From: a virus
Strand: one strand, 5' to 3'
Virus record (IMG/VR): IMGVR_UViG_3300044492_000149
Coordinates: 5,615-69,614 of that record
Length of the DNA: 64,000 nucleotides
The notes under the pieces were generated by a model. It was given only the letters and a program-made list of their open reading frames with translations. It had not been told where the DNA came from and did not search any database. Below are positions 54,555 through 62,721 of the stretch, piece after piece. Position 1 is the first letter of the stretch, and each line of letters starts with the position of its first letter. A program made the position numbers and the translations under genes.

Positions 54555-55919
54555 GTGTGCGGTTGGTTGGCCCAAGCAGGACCGAAATCGAAGACCTTTG
54601 ACAAGGCCCTCGAGAGCCTCAACCATCGGGGCATTCGAAAGAAAGTCATCAGCCACAGCTACGGCACAGTGGGCCATGTCCGCTTGCCGATCGTGGGATT
54701 GTCCACGGCAAACGACCAGCCCGTTCAAAAAGGCAACTGGACGATCGCCTTCGTCGGCGAGATCCTGGACTTCCGCGACAAAGATCCAAAAGCCGAGTGC
54801 GACCTGCCGATCGTCGTGGACCGCTGGATGACGGGCCTGACAGACCACGACGGCTTCTGGAGCATCGTGGCTCTGAAGAATAACGGCACGCTCCACGTGG
54901 TGTGCGATTACCTGGCGCAGAAGCCCACGTACTACCGAGCTGACGTGCGGGCCGCCGCGTCTGAGCTGAACGCCCTGACGATCCTGGCACCGACGCAGCC
55001 TGACGAGGTGTACCTGGCCGCTGTGATCAAGTGGGGCTACTGCCCTGAGGTCGAGCGAACTCCCTACCGCCAGATCAAGCACGTCCTGCCGGGGGAACAC
55101 GTCCGCATCACTCCGTTCGGTTCTGTCCACCGGGAAATCATAGATCCACTTCATCCTGTTAAAGGCGACTTGAAAGCTGAGATCGAGGCGGCAGTCCGCC
55201 GGCGGGTCCTGGCCGCGGATGTGCCCGTGGCTTGTCTTTTGAGCGGGGGTTTGGACAGTTCCATTGTTTACACCCTAGCGCGTCGCCACGGCACCGTCAT
55301 CCCTTACTACGCGGACCTCGGCGACGGCGACGCCATGGAGCACTTCCGGGTGTCCGCTGTCGCGGGCAAGCAAAAAGTAAACGAGGTCCACGGCTCCGTG
55401 GACGTAGACGACGACACCTGCCTGTCGTACCTGCAGGAGCCGATCGACTTAGGATCTTTGCGCCCTCAAATCGCCCTGGCTCGGGCCATCGGGGACAAGC
55501 AAACGGTGTGCCTGACTGGTGACGGCGCAGACGAAGGCTTCGGCGGCTACGGCCGAGCAATGCGGTACGACTCCCAGGGCTCAGACTTGTTCCACGAACT
55601 GCCCGCGTGGCACCTGGTTCGCCTGGACCGAGTGATGATGCGCCACCGGATCGAAGTCCGCAGTCCGTTCCTGGCTCGTCAGGTGGTTCAGATTGCCCTT
55701 GGCCTGCCTTACGAGGAACGGCGCAACAAGAAAATCCTCCGCGATCTATTCCGCGACGACCTGCCGCCGGAGATCGCCGACCAACCTAAAAAACCCCTGC
55801 GGATCGAGGAGGACCGTGAAGAGCGGTCTCAAAATCTGGTCCGCCTGTTTCGACAAAAGGACGCAACATGGCACAGCTTACTTCAATCGGGATCACCTGT
55901 GGCATTGGTAGTCTCCTGA
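54555..55919 (+). CDS. Asparagine synthetase-like glutamine amidotransferase
   Basis: GTG-TGC start giving N-terminal Cys (MCGW); HRG, HVRLPI, QP, LLSGGLDSS, LTGDGADE.FGGY, EVRSPFL. Confidence 0.9.
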   Translation: MCGWLAQAGPKSKTFDKALESLNHRGIRKKVISHSYGTVGHVRLPIVGLSTANDQPVQKGNWTIAFVGEILDFRDKDPKAECDLPIVVDRWMTGLTDHDGFWSIVALKNNGTLHVVCDYLAQKPTYYRADVRAAASELNALTILAPTQPDEVYLAAVIKWGYCPEVERTPYRQIKHVLPGEHVRITPFGSVHREIIDPLHPVKGDLKAEIEAAVRRRVLAADVPVACLLSGGLDSSIVYTLARRHGTVIPYYADLGDGDAMEHFRVSAVAGKQKVNEVHGSVDVDDDTCLSYLQEPIDLGSLRPQIALARAIGDKQTVCLTGDGADEGFGGYGRAMRYDSQGSDLFHELPAWHLVRLDRVMMRHRIEVRSPFLARQVVQIALGLPYEERRNKKILRDLFRDDLPPEIADQPKKPLRIEEDREERSQNLVRLFRQKDATWHSLLQSGSPVALVVS

Positions 55920-57274
55920 TCGGTGCTCGGTCTGCAGGGTTCAAGGTCCTGGGCAACGTCGAGTGGCGGAAGTACTACCACGAGAAAGACTCGGACGGCC
56001 GCAACACTTTCCTGGAGAACTTTCCAGGGGCCGTGTTCCCCCACTCCGTCGAGCAGATGACGGAAGAAGAGTTCCGCCGATTTAGTAATCCCGACCTGGC
56101 CCTCGGCCACCCGGAGTGTGGAGCTTACAGCGCCCTCAGCGGGGCGAATAAGAACTTCAGGGAACGGGCCGCGACCGATCAGTCTGACATTCCTTTGTTC
56201 GTGGAACTGGTGGCAAAGCTGAAGCCCCGCTACTTCGTCATGGACGATCTACCGAAGTCCCTGACCGCGTATCCTATGAAAGAATACGCCGACGGTCTGC
56301 CTGAGTATGACCTTTACCCCGAGTGGGTCTCGAACTGGGGCTACGGCAACGTCCAGAAGAACCGCAAGCGCTTGTTCATGCTGGGCGCTCTGAAGAAAGA
56401 ACGGTGGGTGTTCCGCCCTGGCGAAGCCGAGCACGCGTTGACCGTGGCCGACGTTCTGGGTGACCTGGGCAAGCCGCGGTCGCGATCGAACATGCCGAAC
56501 ATGGACCCGTGCGACCTGTCGGCCGAATGCTTCCGAGCGCTGAACTTAGGCGGTTACCGAAAAAAGAACAGCTGGGGCGACGTCAAGAAGTACTTCGCCG
56601 ACAAGAGGGCTGGCCACACTCTGCAGTACCCCACTAAAGAGGGCCGGCTGGTCAACCGGATCGGCTTCCTCAAGGGGCACTGGGACGGTCCCAGCCATGT
56701 CCTGACCGGCCAGAACGCCACCCTCCATCACTTGCGGTGCGAGCCCTATACCATCCGGGAGCGCGCCCGCATCATGGGCTTCCCCGACGATTTCATCTTT
56801 TATGGCACGATCCTGAACGCCAAAGGCGAGTGGAACCACGACGAGAACAGCCACATGGTCCGGCAGACGGGCAAGGCAATGCCCATACAGTTCGCCGAGT
56901 ACGTGTCCCGGCAGATCGCGGCCCACATAGGGGGCAAGCCGTTTGCGTCGTCAGGCGTACGCCTGCTGCCGGCTAACCCCCACATAGACGAAGCCAAGCA
57001 GTGGTATTGCCAGAACGTGGGCTATGCCGACCAGCCGCAGGCCTGCGGCCAGTGCTGGCTGGCCCGGCGGTGTCAGATCCGTACCCGGAAGTACGGTTTA
57101 CCCCCTGAGGGGGACGTAACTCCGGTCCCATCTAGGGACTTACGCCCTCCGGATTCTAAGTCTGAACCAAAGAAAACACGGACCCCCTCCCAAGTCCTTG
57201 TAAACAAAAAGAAAAAACACGGGTATCCTGATACCCATAAAACTTATCCCCCGCTCACAATAGAGGAATACTAG
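55868..57274 (+). CDS. Divergent C5-cytosine methyltransferase-like protein
   Basis: TCGIG, GHPECGAYS, QKNRKRLF, TIRERARIMGFPDDF, QTGKAMP. Confidence 0.8.
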   Translation: MAQLTSIGITCGIGSLLIGARSAGFKVLGNVEWRKYYHEKDSDGRNTFLENFPGAVFPHSVEQMTEEEFRRFSNPDLALGHPECGAYSALSGANKNFRERAATDQSDIPLFVELVAKLKPRYFVMDDLPKSLTAYPMKEYADGLPEYDLYPEWVSNWGYGNVQKNRKRLFMLGALKKERWVFRPGEAEHALTVADVLGDLGKPRSRSNMPNMDPCDLSAECFRALNLGGYRKKNSWGDVKKYFADKRAGHTLQYPTKEGRLVNRIGFLKGHWDGPSHVLTGQNATLHHLRCEPYTIRERARIMGFPDDFIFYGTILNAKGEWNHDENSHMVRQTGKAMPIQFAEYVSRQIAAHIGGKPFASSGVRLLPANPHIDEAKQWYCQNVGYADQPQACGQCWLARRCQIRTRKYGLPPEGDVTPVPSRDLRPPDSKSEPKKTRTPSQVLVNKKKKHGYPDTHKTYPPLTIEEY

Positions 57275-57276
57275 AA

Positions 57277-58182
57277 ATGTATGGAGAACGAGTCAACCTG
57301 ATCAAGGGCCAAGTGCCCGAGTTTTACCACTGCCGCTGCAAGTACTGCCAGAAGATCCTCGGCGAGCTCTTGCGGCCTGACGGCAGTTACTACAGCCGCT
57401 TGGAGCGGCGGCAATACTATGACCCTTCTGAGTCAGGATCTAAGAACGCTGACGGCAGTAAGAAGCATTCACACATCGCAAAATCTCCTCTTCACGTTTC
57501 TCGCTGGGCGATCCAGCAGTACACCAAACCCGACCAGTGGGTCCTCGACCCAACTTGTGGCGCGGGGACAACAATCGTCGAAGCCGTGACCCAGGGCCGG
57601 AACGCCGCCGGCATGGAGCTGGAGTACGGTGACATCCTGAAGGCGAACATCGCTAAGGCCAAGGAGATCAACAACCTGCCGATTGTCAAGATCGGCAATG
57701 GCGACGCCAGGGAAATCGCCACCTTCCTGGAAAAGGCTAAGGTGCCGCCAGTCCACTTGGTCCTGAACAATCCGCCGTACTCGGGCGACGTGTCCATGCC
57801 CAGCCCAAAGGGGAAGCTCCGCGGCAAGGAACACCGCGACCAGGAAATCACGTTCAAGTACGACAAGACCCTGCCCAATCTCGCTTTCCTGAAAGAGGGC
57901 GAGGAGTACTGGCAGACCATGATGGAGATCTACAAAGCCTGTGTAGGCCACTTGGTCAAGGGTGGTTTCTTAGTTCTTGGCATCAAGGACATGAGCAAGA
58001 ACAAAGAGCCGTTCCTGCTGCACAAGATGTTCTGCGAGCAGATCGAGGACAGCCTGAAACTGAAGTTCGTCGGCACAGCGTTCCTGAAGCACCACCCGGG
58101 CACGCTGCATCTGAATAGCTGCATGAAGCGCCATGGCTTCGAGCCGCCGAAGCATCAGACCATTAGTGTGTTCAAGAAATAA
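57277..58182 (+). CDS. N6/N4 amino-methyltransferase
   Basis: VLDPTCGAGTT motif I and NPPY motif IV. Confidence 0.85.
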   Translation: MYGERVNLIKGQVPEFYHCRCKYCQKILGELLRPDGSYYSRLERRQYYDPSESGSKNADGSKKHSHIAKSPLHVSRWAIQQYTKPDQWVLDPTCGAGTTIVEAVTQGRNAAGMELEYGDILKANIAKAKEINNLPIVKIGNGDAREIATFLEKAKVPPVHLVLNNPPYSGDVSMPSPKGKLRGKEHRDQEITFKYDKTLPNLAFLKEGEEYWQTMMEIYKACVGHLVKGGFLVLGIKDMSKNKEPFLLHKMFCEQIEDSLKLKFVGTAFLKHHPGTLHLNSCMKRHGFEPPKHQTISVFKK

Positions 58183-58258
58183 TACTAGTATACACGGCTG
58201 AAGTTTTGTAGTTTATCTGTTGTACCGGCAATCACCGGAAAACAGAGGAACGAAAACG

Positions 58259-58900
58259 ATGCTGACGAAGACAAAAGAAGAGCCGAAGACGATCTTGACC
58301 ATTAGCCCGCCGAACTTTCAGCTGGCTAAGGTCAAGATCATTGGCACTGCCCCCCTGGTCATGAACAAAATGTCCAGCGCAAACCGGCAGAAGATGATCG
58401 ACGACATGATGGCCGGTAGTCGTACCAAGAAAGGTACCGCCCGGCCGCCTAAAGACTTCGACGCTGTCTATAAAGGCGCGATGCACATCAGCGAAACGGG
58501 CCAGTATGGCATTCCGGCTTCAGCCCTGCGGACGGGCATGATCGACGGCTGCCGCCTGGTCGGTTTCAAGATGACGATCGCGAAGCTCAGCGTCTTCGTC
58601 GAGGCCGATGGTTTCGACACCGACGACGGCCAACCTCTCGTGCATCTCACTGTTGGTTCTCCGGTTCGCCGGGACATGGCTGTGAAGCTGGCGAACGGTT
58701 CGACTGATATCCTGGCACGGCCATTCTTCATGCCGTGGGAGTGCGAGCCGACCTTGCGTTGGGACGGTGACCAGTTCAACGCTCAGGACGTCATCAACTT
58801 GCTCGCTCGCGTTGGCGGTCAAGTTGGCATCGGCGCTGGACGGCCCAATAGTAAAATGAGCACAGGTATGGGCTGGGGTACTTTCCGCGTCGAGTCCTGA
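58259..58900 (+). CDS. Stand-alone RAMP / Cas7-like protein
   Basis: IIGTAPLVMN first strand, GIPASALR, C-terminal G-rich loop GIGAGRP...GMGWGTFRV; GAGG RBS. Confidence 0.75.
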   Translation: MLTKTKEEPKTILTISPPNFQLAKVKIIGTAPLVMNKMSSANRQKMIDDMMAGSRTKKGTARPPKDFDAVYKGAMHISETGQYGIPASALRTGMIDGCRLVGFKMTIAKLSVFVEADGFDTDDGQPLVHLTVGSPVRRDMAVKLANGSTDILARPFFMPWECEPTLRWDGDQFNAQDVINLLARVGGQVGIGAGRPNSKMSTGMGWGTFRVES

Positions 58901-58904
58901 ACCT

Positions 58905-59175
58905 AGCAGGCCAAGCATAGCGCAGTAATGCACAGACCAGCTTAGTCAAGTATAGCGCAGTCGAAGCAGGCTTAGTTTAGCAGATCGGAGCATAGAATAG
59001 CAGAGCCCCGCAAAGTTTAGCCGAGTCAAAGCAGGCGGAGCTAGGCAGAGCGTAGTTCAGCTTAGTCCAGCACAGATTAACGTAGCAAAGTCGAAGCAGG
59101 CGAAGCTTAGCTCAGCGCAGCGAAGCGGAGATCAGCGTAGTTTAGCACAGCATAGCCCAGTCAAAGCAGGCAAAG
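58905..59175 (+). repeat. Pentamer-periodic array 1 (AGY-NN)n, four units; candidate guide ncRNA
   Basis: 53 pentamers in unbroken register 58909-59173; junction AGTCR-AAGCA-GGC; units 60, 65, 65, 70 nt. Confidence 0.9.
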
Positions 59176-59184
59176 GAGACTAAA

Positions 59185-59643
59185 GTGAGCATCAAGGAAG
59201 AGTTACTAGCGTTGCGGGAGGCCCAAGGCGGCATCCTGCGGGTCGAGCCGGTGGTCGAGTGGGCGCAAGCCCACCCGACTTCGGATCTTCACAAGTCCCT
59301 GGAATGGGACGATGAGAAAGCGGGCTTCGAGTGGCGGTGCCACCAAGTCCGCCGGCTGATCGCTGTCCACGTCGTGAACGAGGAAGGCGAGCGGCAGATG
59401 GTAAGCCTGACTATCGACCGGGTGAGACCGGGCGGTGGCTATCGGGACATTCAAGACGTCGGCTCTGTCCCTAACCTGCGGGAAGTCATGCTGGGGGATG
59501 CTCTCGACGAATTGGAGCGGGTTCAGGCCCGCTACAATCACCTGCAGGAGCTTGTCCAGATCTGGGAAGCCGCTGATCAAGTCCGCCAGCGTCATCCTCG
59601 TAGGCACCGTCGCGGCCGGCCGGAGAACCGATCGACGGCCTGA
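59185..59643 (+). CDS. Hypothetical protein between the two arrays
   Basis: AAGGAG RBS; LHKSLEWDDEKAG.EWR.HQVRRLI motif. Confidence 0.8.
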   Translation: MSIKEELLALREAQGGILRVEPVVEWAQAHPTSDLHKSLEWDDEKAGFEWRCHQVRRLIAVHVVNEEGERQMVSLTIDRVRPGGGYRDIQDVGSVPNLREVMLGDALDELERVQARYNHLQELVQIWEAADQVRQRHPRRHRRGRPENRSTA

Positions 59644-59897
59644 AGTCGAAACAGGCGGAGCTAAGTCGAGTTCAGCTTAGCGCAGACAAGTGATGTTTAG
59701 CAGAGTCGAAGCAGGCGGAGCTAAGTCGAGTTCAGCAAAGCAAAGTCGAAGCAAAGCAGGCCGAGCACAGCCAAGCGTGGAAGAGCACAGTGCGGTGAAG
59801 TTAAGTCGAAGCAAAGCAGGCAAAGCCCAGTGCGCAGAGTGGAGCAAGCTAAGCCATGCCCAGCCCGGCCCAGTCGAAGCAAAGCAGGTAAAGCGTG
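59644..59897 (+). repeat. Pentamer-periodic array 2 (AGY-NN)n, four units; candidate guide ncRNA
   Basis: Same junction (AAGCA doubled in the last three); units 60, 45, 60, 68 nt. Confidence 0.88.
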
Positions 59898-60263
59898 AAA
59901 TGGATTGTTGGAACTGATGACCCGACCGGCCGCGGCGACGCGTTCCCTCCGAACACGAAGGGGACGGGCCGCCGCCTGCTGGCCTTGAGCGGGCTGTCCG
60001 CAGACGAATACACGGCGACGTTCTTCAGAACCAACACCGAAGAGGAACCGGTCTTTCGCGGGGGCGACACCGTCGTCGTTCTGGGGCGCGTCGCCTGGCG
60101 TCACCTCCGCCTGCCGTCCCGTCATCCGTGGTTTACTTCAACGGTCAAAAATAGAACTACATACTGGTTAATTCCCCACCCGTCGGGAAAAAACCTGATG
60201 TACAATAGCCTGCAGGTAAGACGCAAGACGCAGCGTCTGATGCGGTCTCTGTCACGGAGGTAG
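59895..60263 (+). CDS. Minimal uracil-DNA glycosylase-like protein
   Basis: TGRRL, VVVLGRVAW, LIPHPSGKN..YN. Confidence 0.6.
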   Translation: MKWIVGTDDPTGRGDAFPPNTKGTGRRLLALSGLSADEYTATFFRTNTEEEPVFRGGDTVVVLGRVAWRHLRLPSRHPWFTSTVKNRTTYWLIPHPSGKNLMYNSLQVRRKTQRLMRSLSRR

Positions 60264-60646
60264 TGATGGAAATAGATCCGATTTGGCGAACGCAGTTCCA
60301 GGGCGGCCAACCAAAGGAGAGGAAAACAGTGAAGAAAATCCCCTGTCGTATATCTGTAGGCCACCACCCCCCTGGATATAGCAAACAACGAAACTGTCAG
60401 ATGATCGCTATCCATGTCCCGTCTTTTGTAGGAGTCTATGACACCGTGTGGCTTTACCACACGAAAGATCGGGGGATGATCGTAGTTAAACCGCGGGTCG
60501 GATTTACTAAGCACAAAGTGCAGAAGAAAAAGGGCCGAATCACCCACAACTCCCGACTTAAGTTGGGAGAATTAAAAAAATGCGGACTCACAGACACATT
60601 CCTGGTTCAAAACGGGGATGAGTACGTTTTCGAGTTCCCCAAATGA
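60263..60646 (+). CDS. Basic hypothetical protein
   Basis: GGAGG RBS; AT-rich ORF overlapping the next start. Confidence 0.5.
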   Translation: MMEIDPIWRTQFQGGQPKERKTVKKIPCRISVGHHPPGYSKQRNCQMIAIHVPSFVGVYDTVWLYHTKDRGMIVVKPRVGFTKHKVQKKKGRITHNSRLKLGELKKCGLTDTFLVQNGDEYVFEFPK

Positions 60647-61482
60647 TCTACGTGACAGACACACCGTCGTTTGAAGCCGTGCGGCAGGATCTCCGGCGGG
60701 CGTTTCGGACAGCGCCGCGCGTTGCCACTGAACGGTGGCAGGGGCTCGATGTCAGCCAGAACCCTGCCGCCGTGTCGTACGAGCTGAGGAACGTGGAGTT
60801 CGAAGTATCCCTCGGCGGGTTCGAGGACCTCGACCACTGGCGGCAGGACATTCAGCCGAACCTGCCCTGGGCCGATGATCACTTCCTGGAGCGCGTGGGC
60901 GGCGAGCCCCTGAACCCAGGGAGGGAGTGGGCCAACTGGCCCTGGGCCGGCAGCGCTGCCCGGTTCAAGGAGACCCACTTCAACCACACTTACATGGAGC
61001 GTCTGTGGCCTAAGTTCGCCCGCCGGTCCGGCGGCGGCACCCTGCCGGAGAAGGGCCGGTTGAGGAAGTACCCTGCCGGCGACAAGCGGCCTAAGTACGG
61101 CGTCGCTTATTACTGGGGCGACCTCGAAGATTTGGTCGAGATGCTGGCCAAAGAGCCGCACACCCGGCAGGGGTTCATCCCGCTGTTCTTTCCTGAGGAC
61201 ACGGGCGTCGGCGACGGCGGCCGCAAACCGTGCACCTTAGGATACCAGGTCATGGTCCGCGACGGCGAAGCCCACATGTGGTACCCCTTGCGGTCCTGCG
61301 ACTTCGTCCGTCACTGGGCCGACGATTGCTACCTGGCCGTGCGGCTGCTCCTGTGGATCATCGACCGCTGCCGAGAAATCAACGGAGATGATTGGCTATC
61401 AATCCGACCCGGTAGCCTGGCCATGCACTGCACTAGTCTGCACATTTTCGAAAATGACAGACGGGAGTTGCTGAAATCGTGA
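60643..61482 (+). CDS. Thymidylate synthase-family enzyme (dCMP hydroxymethylase-like)
   Basis: TRQ, PCTLGYQ, RSCD, SLHIF motifs. Confidence 0.85.
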   Translation: MIYVTDTPSFEAVRQDLRRAFRTAPRVATERWQGLDVSQNPAAVSYELRNVEFEVSLGGFEDLDHWRQDIQPNLPWADDHFLERVGGEPLNPGREWANWPWAGSAARFKETHFNHTYMERLWPKFARRSGGGTLPEKGRLRKYPAGDKRPKYGVAYYWGDLEDLVEMLAKEPHTRQGFIPLFFPEDTGVGDGGRKPCTLGYQVMVRDGEAHMWYPLRSCDFVRHWADDCYLAVRLLLWIIDRCREINGDDWLSIRPGSLAMHCTSLHIFENDRRELLKS

Positions 61483-61560
61483 AAACTGCCTTTGTCTATG
61501 GTAGAGAAGTCTTGATCCTCGCGGCAGGCCCGCAACAATCTTGGATCAAGTGGAGGGACA

Positions 61561-62667
61561 ATGGCACTGAGCAAGCAGTCATCAACGACCATATCAGAAG
61601 TGATCCACTCGTACGGCAGCCAGATGGGAAAGACGTTCCCCGATCGGACAAAAACCATCGGCGCGTCCGAGATCGGCCTGTGCGCGCGGCGGATGCACTT
61701 CCTGAAGAAGGGATACCAGACCGACGCGGCCGAGACAGCGGCCAAGCGGCAAGGGGACAAGAGAGGATCTCTGGCGTTGCCCGAGAACTGGGGCGCCCAC
61801 GTCCGCGGCAGCGTGATTGAGGAGCAGCTGTGGGCGCCAGCCATGAGGGCAAAGTTCGGCGATGACCTCAAGATGGCCTGGCCTGAGCAGCAAACCCTGA
61901 CGTCTGGAGCCCTTTCGGCCACACCGGATGGGGTGGTCGTTGGCCGGGGGAATGAGCTTCTGAAATATCACGGCATCGTTTGTAATAAAAAAACCGATGT
62001 TGTCGTCGAGTGCAAGTCGATAGACCCGCGGGTGAACCTGGTTGAGGAAAAGGCCCAGCACGCGTATCAAGTCCAAGTTCAGATGGGCCTGATCCGCGAG
62101 CTGACGCCGTACAAGCCGCTGCACGCGATCATCTCCTACGTCGATGCTTCGTTCTGGCAGGAAGTCAGCGAGTTCGTCGTGGCCTGGGACGAGGACCTGT
62201 TCGAGAAAGCCAAGAGCCGCGCCGCCAGGATCTTGGCCGGAGACCCCCACGACCAGAAGCCCGAAGGCTGGATCGCCGGCGGCAAGGAATGCGGCTGGTG
62301 TCCCTGGAGCCGCCTGTGCAACAACATGCGCGGCAACGTGCCCACCGAAGAAGTGGGGCTGGACCAGCAGAAAGTTGCTGAAATCCTGGACCTCTGCCGA
62401 GAAGCCCTGAAGCACCACTACGCCCGCGCCGAGGCCGACGAGAAGTACCGGGAGATGCAAGACGTGATCAAGACTCGTCTGCAGGAGTTAGGGACTAAGA
62501 AAGTTCCTGGCGTCGTGAATTGGGTGCCCGTCAAGGGCCGCACCAGCTGGGACATGGACGCAGTGGTCAAGTTCCTGGAGAAAAAGAAAATCAAGATCGA
62601 GCAGTTCAAGTCCACGGGCGAACCCTCGTCGCAGCTGACCATAGACAAAAAAATAGTCCTGATCTGA
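61561..62667 (+). CDS. Cas4-like PD-(D/E)XK exonuclease
   Basis: ASEIGLCARR, ATPDG, VECKS, QVQVQM, CGWCPWSRLC. Confidence 0.85.
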   Translation: MALSKQSSTTISEVIHSYGSQMGKTFPDRTKTIGASEIGLCARRMHFLKKGYQTDAAETAAKRQGDKRGSLALPENWGAHVRGSVIEEQLWAPAMRAKFGDDLKMAWPEQQTLTSGALSATPDGVVVGRGNELLKYHGIVCNKKTDVVVECKSIDPRVNLVEEKAQHAYQVQVQMGLIRELTPYKPLHAIISYVDASFWQEVSEFVVAWDEDLFEKAKSRAARILAGDPHDQKPEGWIAGGKECGWCPWSRLCNNMRGNVPTEEVGLDQQKVAEILDLCREALKHHYARAEADEKYREMQDVIKTRLQELGTKKVPGVVNWVPVKGRTSWDMDAVVKFLEKKKIKIEQFKSTGEPSSQLTIDKKIVLI

Positions 62668-62721
62668 AAAAACAATGGTACAGTTGCCGCACCGCATTCC
62701 GCGGAACAAAGGACGATAACG

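Noticed and set aside
58909-59887. Self-targets of the array units within this window
   Set aside because: Only spot checks were possible by eye and none matched; an exhaustive gapped search was not run, so no target is claimed
58905-59897. Canonical CRISPR array
   Set aside because: The constant junction is only about 13 nt, the intervening sequence is itself 5-nt periodic rather than a free spacer, and no cas1/cas2 is present
59690-59917. 75-aa ORF (and antisense ORFs 59721-60125, 59849-60070) over array 2
   Set aside because: Low-complexity S/K/A/Q translation arising from the pentamer repeat; no RBS; 5-nt periodicity is not codon-compatible
61479-61820. 113-aa ORF overlapping the Cas4-like gene
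   Set aside because: Mostly overlaps a well-supported gene in another frame; the first 40 codons might be real but cannot be supported
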